Assembly: GCF_018977255.1 (NCBI RefSeq) | Contig: NW_024705566.1 | Span: 1-34,269 of the forward strand | Length of the DNA stretch: 34,269 nt | DNA from: Callorhinchus milii | Lineage: Eukaryota | Direction of reading: 5' to 3' | Shown here: positions 26,020 to 34,269 of the stretch, one piece after another | How the letters are laid out: every line of letters starts with the position of its first letter | Numbering within the stretch: the stretch's first letter is position 1 | Translations under genes and position numbers: made by a program | Notes under the pieces: generated by a model | Databases searched by the model: none | What the model saw: only the letters and a program-made list of their open reading frames with translations | What the model was told of the DNA's origin: nothing

Positions 26020-26160
26020 CGAGAGAGACAAAGCACAGACACACATAGACAGACACATAAGCAGAGAGAGATAACACAGACACACAGAGATAGGCACACA
26101 GAGAAACAACGCCTCTGTGTCGAGGCCTTAAATAGAGAGAGAGGGTCGGGGGAGAGAATG
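26020..26160. repeat. Imperfect (GA)/(CA) microsatellite
   Basis: GAGAGAGACA..ACACAC..AGAGAGAGAG runs. Confidence 0.8.
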
Positions 26161-26432
26161 CACAGGTAAACTCAATGGCTGAATTAAAGTTACTAGCTTA
26201 TACAATGTCTACCCTTGTCTTTTCCATAATTCGCCATGCCCGAACTCGCTCACTGTCTGCAATGCTTAAATAATATTACTCTGCTCTCTGCAGCAAGCAC
26301 TGTCCTAAGAGATAACTGTGTTTTTCCCCCACACAGATAAGATCTCATCCAGTTTTTAACAAGCAATGTTACATGTTTGTGACTTCATATTTAAACCTGG
26401 ACTTGATAACAAATTAATTTGTGCATCTTTAG

Positions 26433-26537
26433 GCCATGCAGCGTGACATGGAGGACTTTAAGATGGTCTTTCAGAAGTTCCTGGAGAACCGCCCCTCCCT
26501 CGACTGGGAGAAGATTCAGAAGCTTCCAGAAGGAGCG
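26433..26537 (+). CDS. UGP2: UGP2-like coding exon
   Basis: TTTAG acceptor, GTAAGC donor, 105 nt, phase 0/0. AMQRDMEDFKMVFQKFLENRPSLDWEKIQKLPEGA (cf. KKDLDGFRKLFHRFLQEKGPSVDWGKIQRPPEDS). Confidence 0.92.
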
Positions 26538-26886
26538 GTAAGCCACGGTCATATGATGTGATGTGCTCGTTTAGTACTGGAACCCTGTGAATAAAGTATA
26601 ACCGTAAAAACAAAGTTTTTCACTATAAATCCTTTATATGCGTGGCGGCTAGAGTCCTCTCGTCCTCTGGCTTGAGATGGCTGCCACCTATGGGTCAGAT
26701 GATTGTGTGCCAGTATTAAGCAATTGGTAATTAAATATTAATTTGTTTTCCCTAAACAGTGTAACATTTTGGAAAAAAAATTTCACGAACATTAATTGTC
26801 TCGCACAACGAGTCTGTGTGCAAAATGTCAGTTCGATTGGATCACGGGAAGTGGGTTAAAAAACGACCGAAAGATTTGCACGGTCG

Positions 26887-26944
26887 TAAGCAAGCAAGCA
26901 AGCACGCAAGCACGCAAGCACGCAAGCACGCGAGCAAGCAAGCG
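26887..26944. repeat. (GCAA)n/(GCACGCAA)n simple repeat
   Basis: AAGCAAGCAAGCAAGCACGCAAGCACGCAAGCACGCAAGCACGCGAGCAAGCAAGC. Confidence 0.9.
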
Positions 26945-27369
26945 AACTTAATATAAAGGATTTAAAAAGAGACGACTGGCCAGCATGGAAGAGGTAAAAT
27001 TCCCTCGAGAGGGCCTCTCTAGACCTCCCTCTATTGGAGGTCCTTCCAAGCCAGTCCTGGCATGAGCAAGCAATTGCAGGTCTGCACCTTTGCCTTTCAC
27101 TCTTGTGACTGCCATAGTAGAGCGGTGGATGCTGTGACCGTGCCCAACTGCCGAACGAGCATTTGGAAGACAAAACCAGAATGCAAAGTAAAGTTTTCTA
27201 GGATTTTTTTTAATATCCAGCCATTTGTGACAGGATCTGTGACCGTCAACCCGCTGCTTGCAATTGGGTGCAGGATTTAAACCGAAGCCTCGTCTCGTTG
27301 TTTAAAGCAGACCGTACCCCCCCCCCCCGCACTAATCTTTTAACATAGTAAATTTATATTATCCAGTCC

Positions 27370-27597
27370 ATATTAGATGTTTTTCGGGTTTGATTGAATA
27401 TAAATGTGCCGTTAAACCCGCCATCACCCGACACAGCCAATTAGTAAGCTTTGTCACGTAAGCAGAAGACGCCAATTCATTACAAGTACGGAACACTGGT
27501 GTGTTGGCATGTTTTTGCTTACGTGAAAAATCTTATTTATTAACTCAAAAACCTCTTATGGATAATATTGGTCGTGAAAGCCTACTGCGTGTTAAAC
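27370..27597. mobile_element. Diverged family A Penelope-like terminus in inverted arrangement
   Basis: Left part matches family A on the minus strand (CACCCGACACAGCCAAT..GTCACGT). Right part ends with the plus-strand tail ATAATATTGGTCGTGAAAGCCTAC. Confidence 0.55.
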
Positions 27598-27879
27598 GTA
27601 TTATCCAGTTTGCGAATGTCATGGTGTATTTATCAAGAGAGAACAAATCCTGCTTCTCTCGTGTACACAGCTGCTAAATATACTCTCGTAACAATTGCCG
27701 TGGCTCTTAAAGGGCAGAAGTAATCACTAAAGCTGTAAATCGAGTTTTAACAAGGATATCTACATGTATGAACACGCAACAGGATAGGCTGGTTCCTACG
27801 GAGTAAGGGTCCGTTACTAAATGAGTAATGTATGGGAAATGTCATAATCACTTGTGGCTGCTCTGTTTCTGTCAAATTC

Positions 27880-28350
27880 GATGTTCAGCAGAAGCCAGCA
27901 CAATATAATATAATTCGGATGTATACATACGGAGTGTCCAAATTTAATCGCGTCTCAAGCAGACGCAGCCCGGACTTGTCGTGTTTTGTGCGATCGCCAA
28001 ATGTGGACAATGTGCGTGCGGTTATTTTGTGTCCGCAAGTAATAGGGGCTTTTCGCAGCCCTAAAACAATGTAAGCAGTTGAAATGGAAAATCACACTCC
28101 CACGTCCGATGTAGCACAGTTGGCTACATACAGTGCGAAAGAAAGTTCAACTTACAAGGCTTCAAAATTGAACAGCGTACAAAGAAATGCTGACTTGTTA
28201 GCGGTGTCTCCGTGCTGGGCAGGCTTTTCATGCAGCGGGCAGGCCTATTGTAGTACTGCACGCTACCTATTGTGTTTAGTTTGTTTTCCTTCCCCCGCAC
28301 CTCCGATTCACATGGTTGGCTACGTACGTTGCGAAATAAGTTCAACATCC
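27880..28350 (+). mobile_element. Probable degraded LINE 3' end (family C)
   Basis: Motif CCGCACCTCCGATT..GGTTGGCTAC..GCGAAAKAAGTTCAACAT with a CATA-like tail recurs at ~28100, ~28290, ~29953 and ~31000 (inverted). Upstream AQYNIIRMYTYGVSKFNRVS weakly resembles L2-group ORF2 C-termini. Confidence 0.45.
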
Positions 28351-28359
28351 ATACAGACT

Positions 28360-28553
28360 TTCGATTTAAAGCTTTCGTGACTGCAGGGATTCATCTTCTT
28401 GGTTCTTTCGGTAAAGTCACGTAGAAGGGAAGTAATACAATATAAAAAAAAAACATAATAAAATAATATAATTAAAATAATTTATTTTATTATGTTTTAT
28501 TTTAATATTTTATTACTTCCCTTCTACGTGACTTTACCGAAAGAACCAAGAAG
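28360..28553. mobile_element. Fold-back family B Penelope-like insertion
   Basis: Inverted arms CTTCTTGGTTCTTTCGGTAAAGTCACGTAGAAGGGAAGTAAT / ATTACTTCCCTTCTACGTGACTTTACCGAAAGAACCAAGAAG. 13-bp TSD ATCCATACAGACT at 28347-28359 and 28554-28566. Confidence 0.8.
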
Positions 28554-30431
28554 ATCCATACAGACTGTATATTCCAGAATTGGCCTGTGATATACAATGT
28601 TTTCAGTGGTGTTTGTTTTACCTTTTATATAACTTTTTTATATGTACAGTCATATAAAACGAATATTAATATCTGTAAATAGGCTACATTGAAAGAGTTA
28701 GGTTTTGTTAAGAATATATCGCTCTATGGGGCACCCCTGAATGAACCCGGTATTTTGAGGACACTGCAGTTGAATAAACAGTGACGGTGAGAGGATAGGG
28801 AAGGTCCCCCTTCCTCTAACAGACGTAGAGGCTTAAAATAGATTTTCGCCTCTCATCAAATGCTGTTGGCCACGATGAGGTTTATGGATGGGTTAGGTGT
28901 GCAATTGAATGAATACGGGCAATAAATAAAAATATTGTGTAACATTTAAGCCACAACTTATTCTGTTCACAAATCTATTGAATTAATTTGTCATTAAACT
29001 TTCAGCCCAGACCTCCCATGCCTTTCAGTTATGGTGTTTCTTTAACCATATTTCAACAAACTGGTCAGTGTAGGTTGGTGAAGAGGGGGCCCAGGACCTG
29101 TGCAGACATCACTCAGCCCTGATGGTAGCATTGGCCCGGAATCAAACTCATGTCAGCAGGGTCACAGTGCATTGTGGTGACCACGGTTGTCACTGCTCAA
29201 CCCACATATATATAATTCTTTAACATATTTAATGTAATAGTGATGTTTAATAGTAAGACTCGAAAACAGAATTGCTCACAAGAGAGAATCTGCTGTAGCT
29301 AAGGAAGTGTGATGGACACGTCACGTAAATGAAGACATTCTCGCTGGGTGAAGCGTTGAACCATTCTGGATACGTTCAAGGTGGGTGTGGGATGCACTCC
29401 CAGAATGTGCACGTTTGCGTCATATCAGCGGTAAAATAATGTCATTGCTTTGCTGACTCAGAGACCTCTGAATGGCGCAACACAATTTGACTGTACTTTA
29501 GTATTTTGGACCTTATCTTGTTTTCATGTTTTGCCTGTAATTACATCATGGCTCTGCTGTAAATGTTAGAAATGTGTGCTCAGCTGTGCGGTGTTCTCCC
29601 GAGTACAGACAGCTTGCTCAGGCTGGAAGATGCGTAGTCCATTGGATTAGTTAGAAAACGTCTTGTCATCTTGGCAGTAATCTTATTAAGGGGGTTAAGC
29701 TCTCGTATCCGATTAGGCTATCTTGAGGTTCTGAGCGTGATTAAAGCCAAGTTGATAATTGCTCGGCCTTAGTCTGTTCTCGTGTCTGTTTGTAGGACGC
29801 TCATGAAAGTATTCGCCACCTCAGATTTGCAGATGGCACATGAATTATAACTACCAATAGCAATACATGATTAAAACAAAATCCTGAAGTTCCTTATGAG
29901 AAAGTCTTCAGAGTTGGATCGAGATGAGTATTATCAAAACACAAGTCCTTCTCCCACACCTCCGATTAGTGTGGTTGGCTATGTATGGTGCGAAAGAAGT
30001 TCAACATGCATGCATACATAGCATCCAAATTAGTTTTTTGGCGAGGCCACAAAAGTTCACTCCACGATGAAGCTCAACGGCGGCTTGAGCGAAACGTTGC
30101 CGTGCGTTGATGTCGAATTCGCCACGAAAATAATTACGTCCCCAGTGGGGAGCAGCTTTATCGGTCAGTCGGGATTGTTTGACCAGACCTCACCGTGCGG
30201 TCAATAGGGTTGCCGATGGAGTGGGCGCCCAAGACCAGTTCGCATCACTCGACGTGAGCTGTGGCCAGATATCACACTCGGGTCTCACCAGGTTCGCAGC
30301 GTAGGGGGCTAATCGCTCCACCACAGCTTTCATGGAACAGCTCGCGAAAAAAGTGCCACGGGGATCTTTTGCATCGCGCAACTTCTCCACGTTCCCGTCC
30401 AAAATCCATCGTAACGAAACGCTGCCGGCAG

Positions 30432-30614
30432 GTGGAGCCGTACGAGGATCTGCGCGCCCGAGCGCTGCCCTCCGACCTCGCAGCGCTGCTCAACCGGCTG
30501 GTGGTCGTGAAGCTGAACGGCGCTTCGGGCTCGCACATGGGCTTCCAGGCCCACAGCCTCCTGGGTGTCCGCGACGAGAGCACATTCCTCGACCTGGCCA
30601 TCGAGCAGATAGAG
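30432..30614 (+). CDS. UGP2: UGP2-like coding exon containing a degenerate nucleotide-binding loop
   Basis: GGCAG acceptor, GTGAAT donor, 183 nt. VEPYEDLRARALPSDLAALLNRLVVVKLNGASGSHMGFQAHSLLGVRDESTFLDLAIEQIE. Confidence 0.95.
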
Positions 30615-30738
30615 GTGAATGCCGGGGCAGTGATTATTGTTGTTGTTGTTTGAAACCACGGTTGCCATGCCAATGTAAGACACTACTGAAAAGGAGGCTT
30701 AAGTGTGGCTTTGCTAGATACCTAACCTGATTATTATT

Positions 30739-30913
30739 TTCGATTTAAAGCTTTCGTGACTGCAGGGATTCATCTTCTTGGTTCTTTCGGTAAAGTCACG
30801 TAGAAGGGAAGTAATAAAATAATAAAAATAAAACATAATAAAATAATTATATGATATTATTTTATTATTTTATTACTTCCCTTCTACGTGACTTTACCAA
30901 AAGAACCAAGAAG
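30739..30913. mobile_element. Fold-back family B Penelope-like insertion
   Basis: Arms nearly identical to those at 28360-28553 around an AT-rich centre. No clear TSD. Confidence 0.75.
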
Positions 30914-31474
30914 CTGAGATCAACAAAGACTTGCTATTGATGCGGAGTAGATGGAGTAGGTTAATGTTGGGTAGAGTCACTTGGATGTTGATATTATGTA
31001 TGTTGAACTTCTTTCGCTCCGTATGTAGCCAACCGCGCTAATCGGAGGTGCGGGGAAGGACAAGAAACCAAACACTAAAAGCAGTTCTAAAGAAATTAGT
31101 TTTCAATTTAGATTTCAAAGTGCATAGCTCTGTGGCTTCCTAATATCATAAGGAATTGCATACCAGATGGCTGCAGAAGTGCATCTGAAAGCGCGCAATG
31201 CAATATTAACATGCAGCAGATGGAAATGGATATTGAGATCGATGTGGAATAGATTGAATTGGTCACTAGAGAATACGGAGCTTCACGCGGAGCCTTTAGA
31301 TATGGGCTCTTAACAAGTGTTAGAGTTAACTTGAGTGTATGGAAGTTGGATACTTTAATTCTAGATTTGAAGCTTTCGTGACTGCAAGGATTCATATTCT
31401 TAGGTTTTTTCGGTAAAGTCACGTAGGTAAAAGATTTTAAATTAATGAAAGTAAAATAAAACAAAATAAAAAAT

Positions 31475-31515
31475 CACGACGTTTCGAAAGCAACACAAGC
31501 CTCCGTCTTCAGGTG
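31475..31515 (-). ncRNA. Minimal type I hammerhead ribozyme motif
   Basis: Minus strand reads CAC-CUGAAGA-C-GGAGGC-uuguguu-GCUUUC-GAAAC-GUC-GUG. Confidence 0.75.
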
Positions 31516-31528
31516 GCTGTGACGGTTC

Positions 31529-31568
31529 CACCTGAAGACGGAGCTTGTGTTGCTTCCGAAACGTCGTG
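31529..31568 (+). ncRNA. Minimal type I hammerhead ribozyme motif
   Basis: CAC-CUGAAGA(31532-31538)-C-GGAGC-uuguguu-GCUUCC-GAAAC(31558-31562)-GUC-GUG. Canonical core, predicted cleavage after 31565. Confidence 0.75.
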
Positions 31569-31728
31569 ATTTTTTATTTTGTTTTATTTTACTTTTATTA
31601 ATTTAAATTTTTACCTACGTGACTTTACCGAAAAACCTAAGAATAAGAATACTTTAACCTGCGATTGAGCAGTTTGCAGTACAATGGATATGCCCTGCAT
31701 AATCGCTAACTTCTCTTCTCCTGAGCAG

Positions 31729-31862
31729 CATTTGAACGAGGCCTACGACTGCGATATTCCGCTCGTGCTCATGAACTCCTTCCTGACCAATGAAGAGATA
31801 TTGAAAATTCTGCAGAAGTACAGCCACCGGAGGGTCAAGATAAAGACTTTCATGCAGAGCCG
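31729..31862 (+). CDS. UGP2: UGP2-like coding exon
   Basis: CAG acceptor after a pyrimidine tract, GTGAGG donor, 134 nt (phase 0/2). HLNEAYDCDIPLVLMNSFLTNEEILKILQKYSHRRVKIKTFMQSR. Confidence 0.96.
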
Positions 31863-31955
31863 GTGAGGTTTTCACAAGGCCAGTGCTGATACATACTTTA
31901 GAATGGTACAGAAAGGAACTTGCCTCTGTACCACATTGTAAACTAGAATTGTCAT

Positions 31956-32276
31956 TTTAACACGTAAGACTTTCGCGACCAATATTATTCATAATCGACG
32001 TTTTTGGGTTAGATCGCGTTATTTATAAATGTGTCGTAACCATCCACCACCCGACACGGCCAATCAGTAAAAAAAGTGTCACGTTGACAAAAGACAAATA
32101 GTTCACTACTTTAGCCACCGGTGTGTTGAAGCGTGAATCCACAACACTAACAATTTTTGAGTACGACGTTTCGCTGGTAATTGCATCCAGCATCATCGGG
32201 CAATTCGCCAGAATGGTGAGGCTCTGCTCTTGCTCCCGGTCTTAAGTAGAGCAGCAGCAGGGTGACGTCATCATTC
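31956..32276 (-). mobile_element. Family A Penelope-like terminal repeat with hammerhead-like motif (32159-32206)
   Basis: Inverted homologue of 3893-4212. 11-bp TSD AGAATTGTCAT at 31945-31955 and 32277-32287. Confidence 0.8.
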
Positions 32277-32542
32277 AGAATTGTCATATTTACTCATAAC
32301 TTCCAAGCATCGGTATCATCAGCCATGGTCAGTCCACTGCTGGACATTAAGTGGCATTATGCCTCTATGCAAAGGTATACTGGCTTTGTAAGGGACCACA
32401 TTTTGCTATTGATGTATGGACAAGATTGTGTGCGGGAGGGCAATACCACCAACAGCGTGGTCGCACACCAGAGCCATTGTCAGTGGAAATTATTGAAAAT
32501 GTCAACCGATTATGGAATTACACTTGAGTAATTGGGAGTAAG

Positions 32543-32766
32543 GGGTGGTGTGGTGGCACAAGTGGCTGGCGCGCCTTGCTCCGATTTCGGCGACCTGAGT
32601 TTGACTCTCGTCCACGGCTAGCAACCGATGGCGAGTTCTACCTCAACTGGTCCGGAGCCCCCCCCCACCTCCCTCGCCAACTCGCAATGACCAGCAATAG
32701 TTGTTGAACGACCCCCATAACCAACGTGGGTTGGAGAGGCCTTCATCCAGCAGTGGATTGACAAGC
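32543..32766 (+). mobile_element. tRNA-derived SINE with RTE-like tail
   Basis: A-box-like GGTGGCACAAGTGG, B-box-like GAGTTTGACTCTC, tail GGAGAGGCCTTCATCCAGCAGTGGATTGACAA. Confidence 0.55.
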
Positions 32767-33504
32767 GGTTTTAATTATTTTGAGCGATATTTGAATTGTG
32801 ACGGTATGTAATGAGTCGGCTCCATTGCGTTTTAAAGATATTTCACAACTTGGGGTGGTGTAATTCTATCCAAGAATCAATTTTGTTTTACATTGTGGTG
32901 AATGTAGCATCCCTAGTAAGCTTCAGGGGTCACGTGGACTAAGTTTCATACAGCGTATAGGATAGAGAATGTATCGTGACCATGACCATCACTTTCCAAT
33001 TGAAGGAGGCATCTGTAAATGCCTCATTCGGGAACCGCAACACCATCAGCTGCGAGTGCGACCGCATTTGGCTCGCACTGAAGCACCCCCACTTTTCACA
33101 CGATTTGCCGCGCGAGGAACACTTTACGCCGTTCAGGAAACGCGCACGGCGCCAGGCGTACGTGCCACTTGTGTCTGCAATTAAGTAACCCCACCTCACC
33201 CAACCCCATTTTCCAAATTGCATGGAATGTGCCCGGTCTTGCCGGATTTTGCAAGATTGAGCCTGGATGAGGTTTTTATGATTGTGGCCAGCAGAGGACC
33301 GTGTGGAAAAATCAATTGTTGTACTGTACTCGCATCGACATCTATGCTCCTTGCTTCACCAACCGGCACTGACCTGCGGGGTCTGGCCAGAAAATTGGTT
33401 TGGGGAGGCCTTCATCCACCTCTGGAATGCAAAAGGCTGTTATTGTATTATATTAAACTTAACAGAATGTGATTAATGCAGACTTGACACTTTGCAATAG
33501 GTGT

Positions 33505-33790
33505 CTAGAGGTTTTTGTGTTAGATCGGTAAATATGTCGTTCAACGCGCCACCATCCGACACAGCCAATTAGTAAGGTTTGTCACGTAAACAAAAGGTGA
33601 CAATTAGTTACTACTTCAGCACACCGGTGTATTGGAGAGGAAACCCACAACATTCACAATTCGAGTACGACGTTTCTCTGGCGATTAAAACCAGCTTAAT
33701 CGGGCGATTAGCCAGAATTGTGAAGAATTATTCGTGTTTCTGTCTGAAATAGAGGAGAGTAAAGGTGATGTCATCACTGTCAGCCTATCA
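33505..33790 (-). mobile_element. Older family A Penelope-like copy
   Basis: Diverged match to 31990-32275, including GAGTACGACGTTTC...CCAGC..ATCGGGC and GGTGATGTCATCA. Confidence 0.65.
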
Positions 33791-34206
33791 GGTGCCAAGA
33801 TCAGAGAACAGTTACTATGGTCATATAGACTACAATGCATCATGTTAATCTAAGAATATGCAGTAGTAGCTATTATTGGTTGGGTTATTCACAGTTCAAA
33901 ACTTCAAATCTAGATTATTCACAGTTAATAAACTTACAGTGGATCATGTTAATCTGATAATATGCAGTACCTACTATTGCTTGGGTTATTCAGAGTTAAC
34001 ATACAATTCTGTTTTATCATCATGGGACCTCCTTTGCCAGTACCAAAATATACTAATAGGGTTTTTCCCCTTTTTTTTTCTGGCAACCAAAGGTGTCAGT
34101 TTTGTTGCCAGAAAAAAGGGGGAAAACCCTATTAGTAAATTCTGTTTTAGTCAATAAGACCGTTTTCTTCTGCCGCCACCGCGCGCTACCCGCGCGCCAC
34201 ACTCAG

Positions 34207-34269
34207 CTACCCGCGCGTCCACAAGGAGACGCTGCTGCCGGCCGCGTCGGCCGACGGCGACGAGGAGCA
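34207..34269 (+). CDS. UGP2: UGP2-like coding exon (runs off the window end)
   Basis: CTCAG acceptor, phase compatible with the previous exon. (R)YPRVHKETLLPAASADGDEE (cf. YPRINKESLLPVA). Confidence 0.9.

Larger units (their letters stand above)
31359..31648. mobile_element. Fold-back family B Penelope-like insertion containing two hammerheads
   Basis: ~120-bp inverted arms (31395-31516 and 31528-31645), 11-nt loop, 9-bp TSD ATACTTTAA at 31350-31358 and 31649-31657. Confidence 0.85.

Noticed and set aside
28395..28553. Long hairpins as miRNA precursors or terminators
   Set aside because: Explained by inverted retroelement termini with TSDs, present in several copies.
30190..30730. Antisense and alternative-frame ORFs of 70-133 aa
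   Set aside because: Shadows of the GC-rich UGP2-like exon 30432-30614.

Overview
Eukaryotic (vertebrate) genomic DNA, most likely lamprey. That assignment is an inference from very GC-rich codons, homopeptide expansions, V-SINEs and abundant Penelope-like repeats. The window has three parts. (1) 1-8751: the last two coding exons of an Otx homeobox gene (+; K50 homeodomain, WSP motif, two Otx tails) with an apparent 1-nt frameshift, followed by TE-rich intergenic DNA. (2) A 30-N gap (8752-8781), then about 14.8 kb (8782 to ~23600) that reads like uniform random sequence with no genes, repeats or host-like texture. It is probably filler or artefact, not biology. (3) ~23600-34269: five coding exons of a UDP-glucose pyrophosphorylase (UGP2-like, +) whose nucleotide-binding loop is strongly degenerate, with a canonical KLNGGL relic in the preceding intron. 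The introns carry Penelope-like retroelement termini with hammerhead-ribozyme motifs, several as fold-back inverted insertions with target-site duplications, including a back-to-back twin hammerhead. All calls were made by eye; no searches were run.
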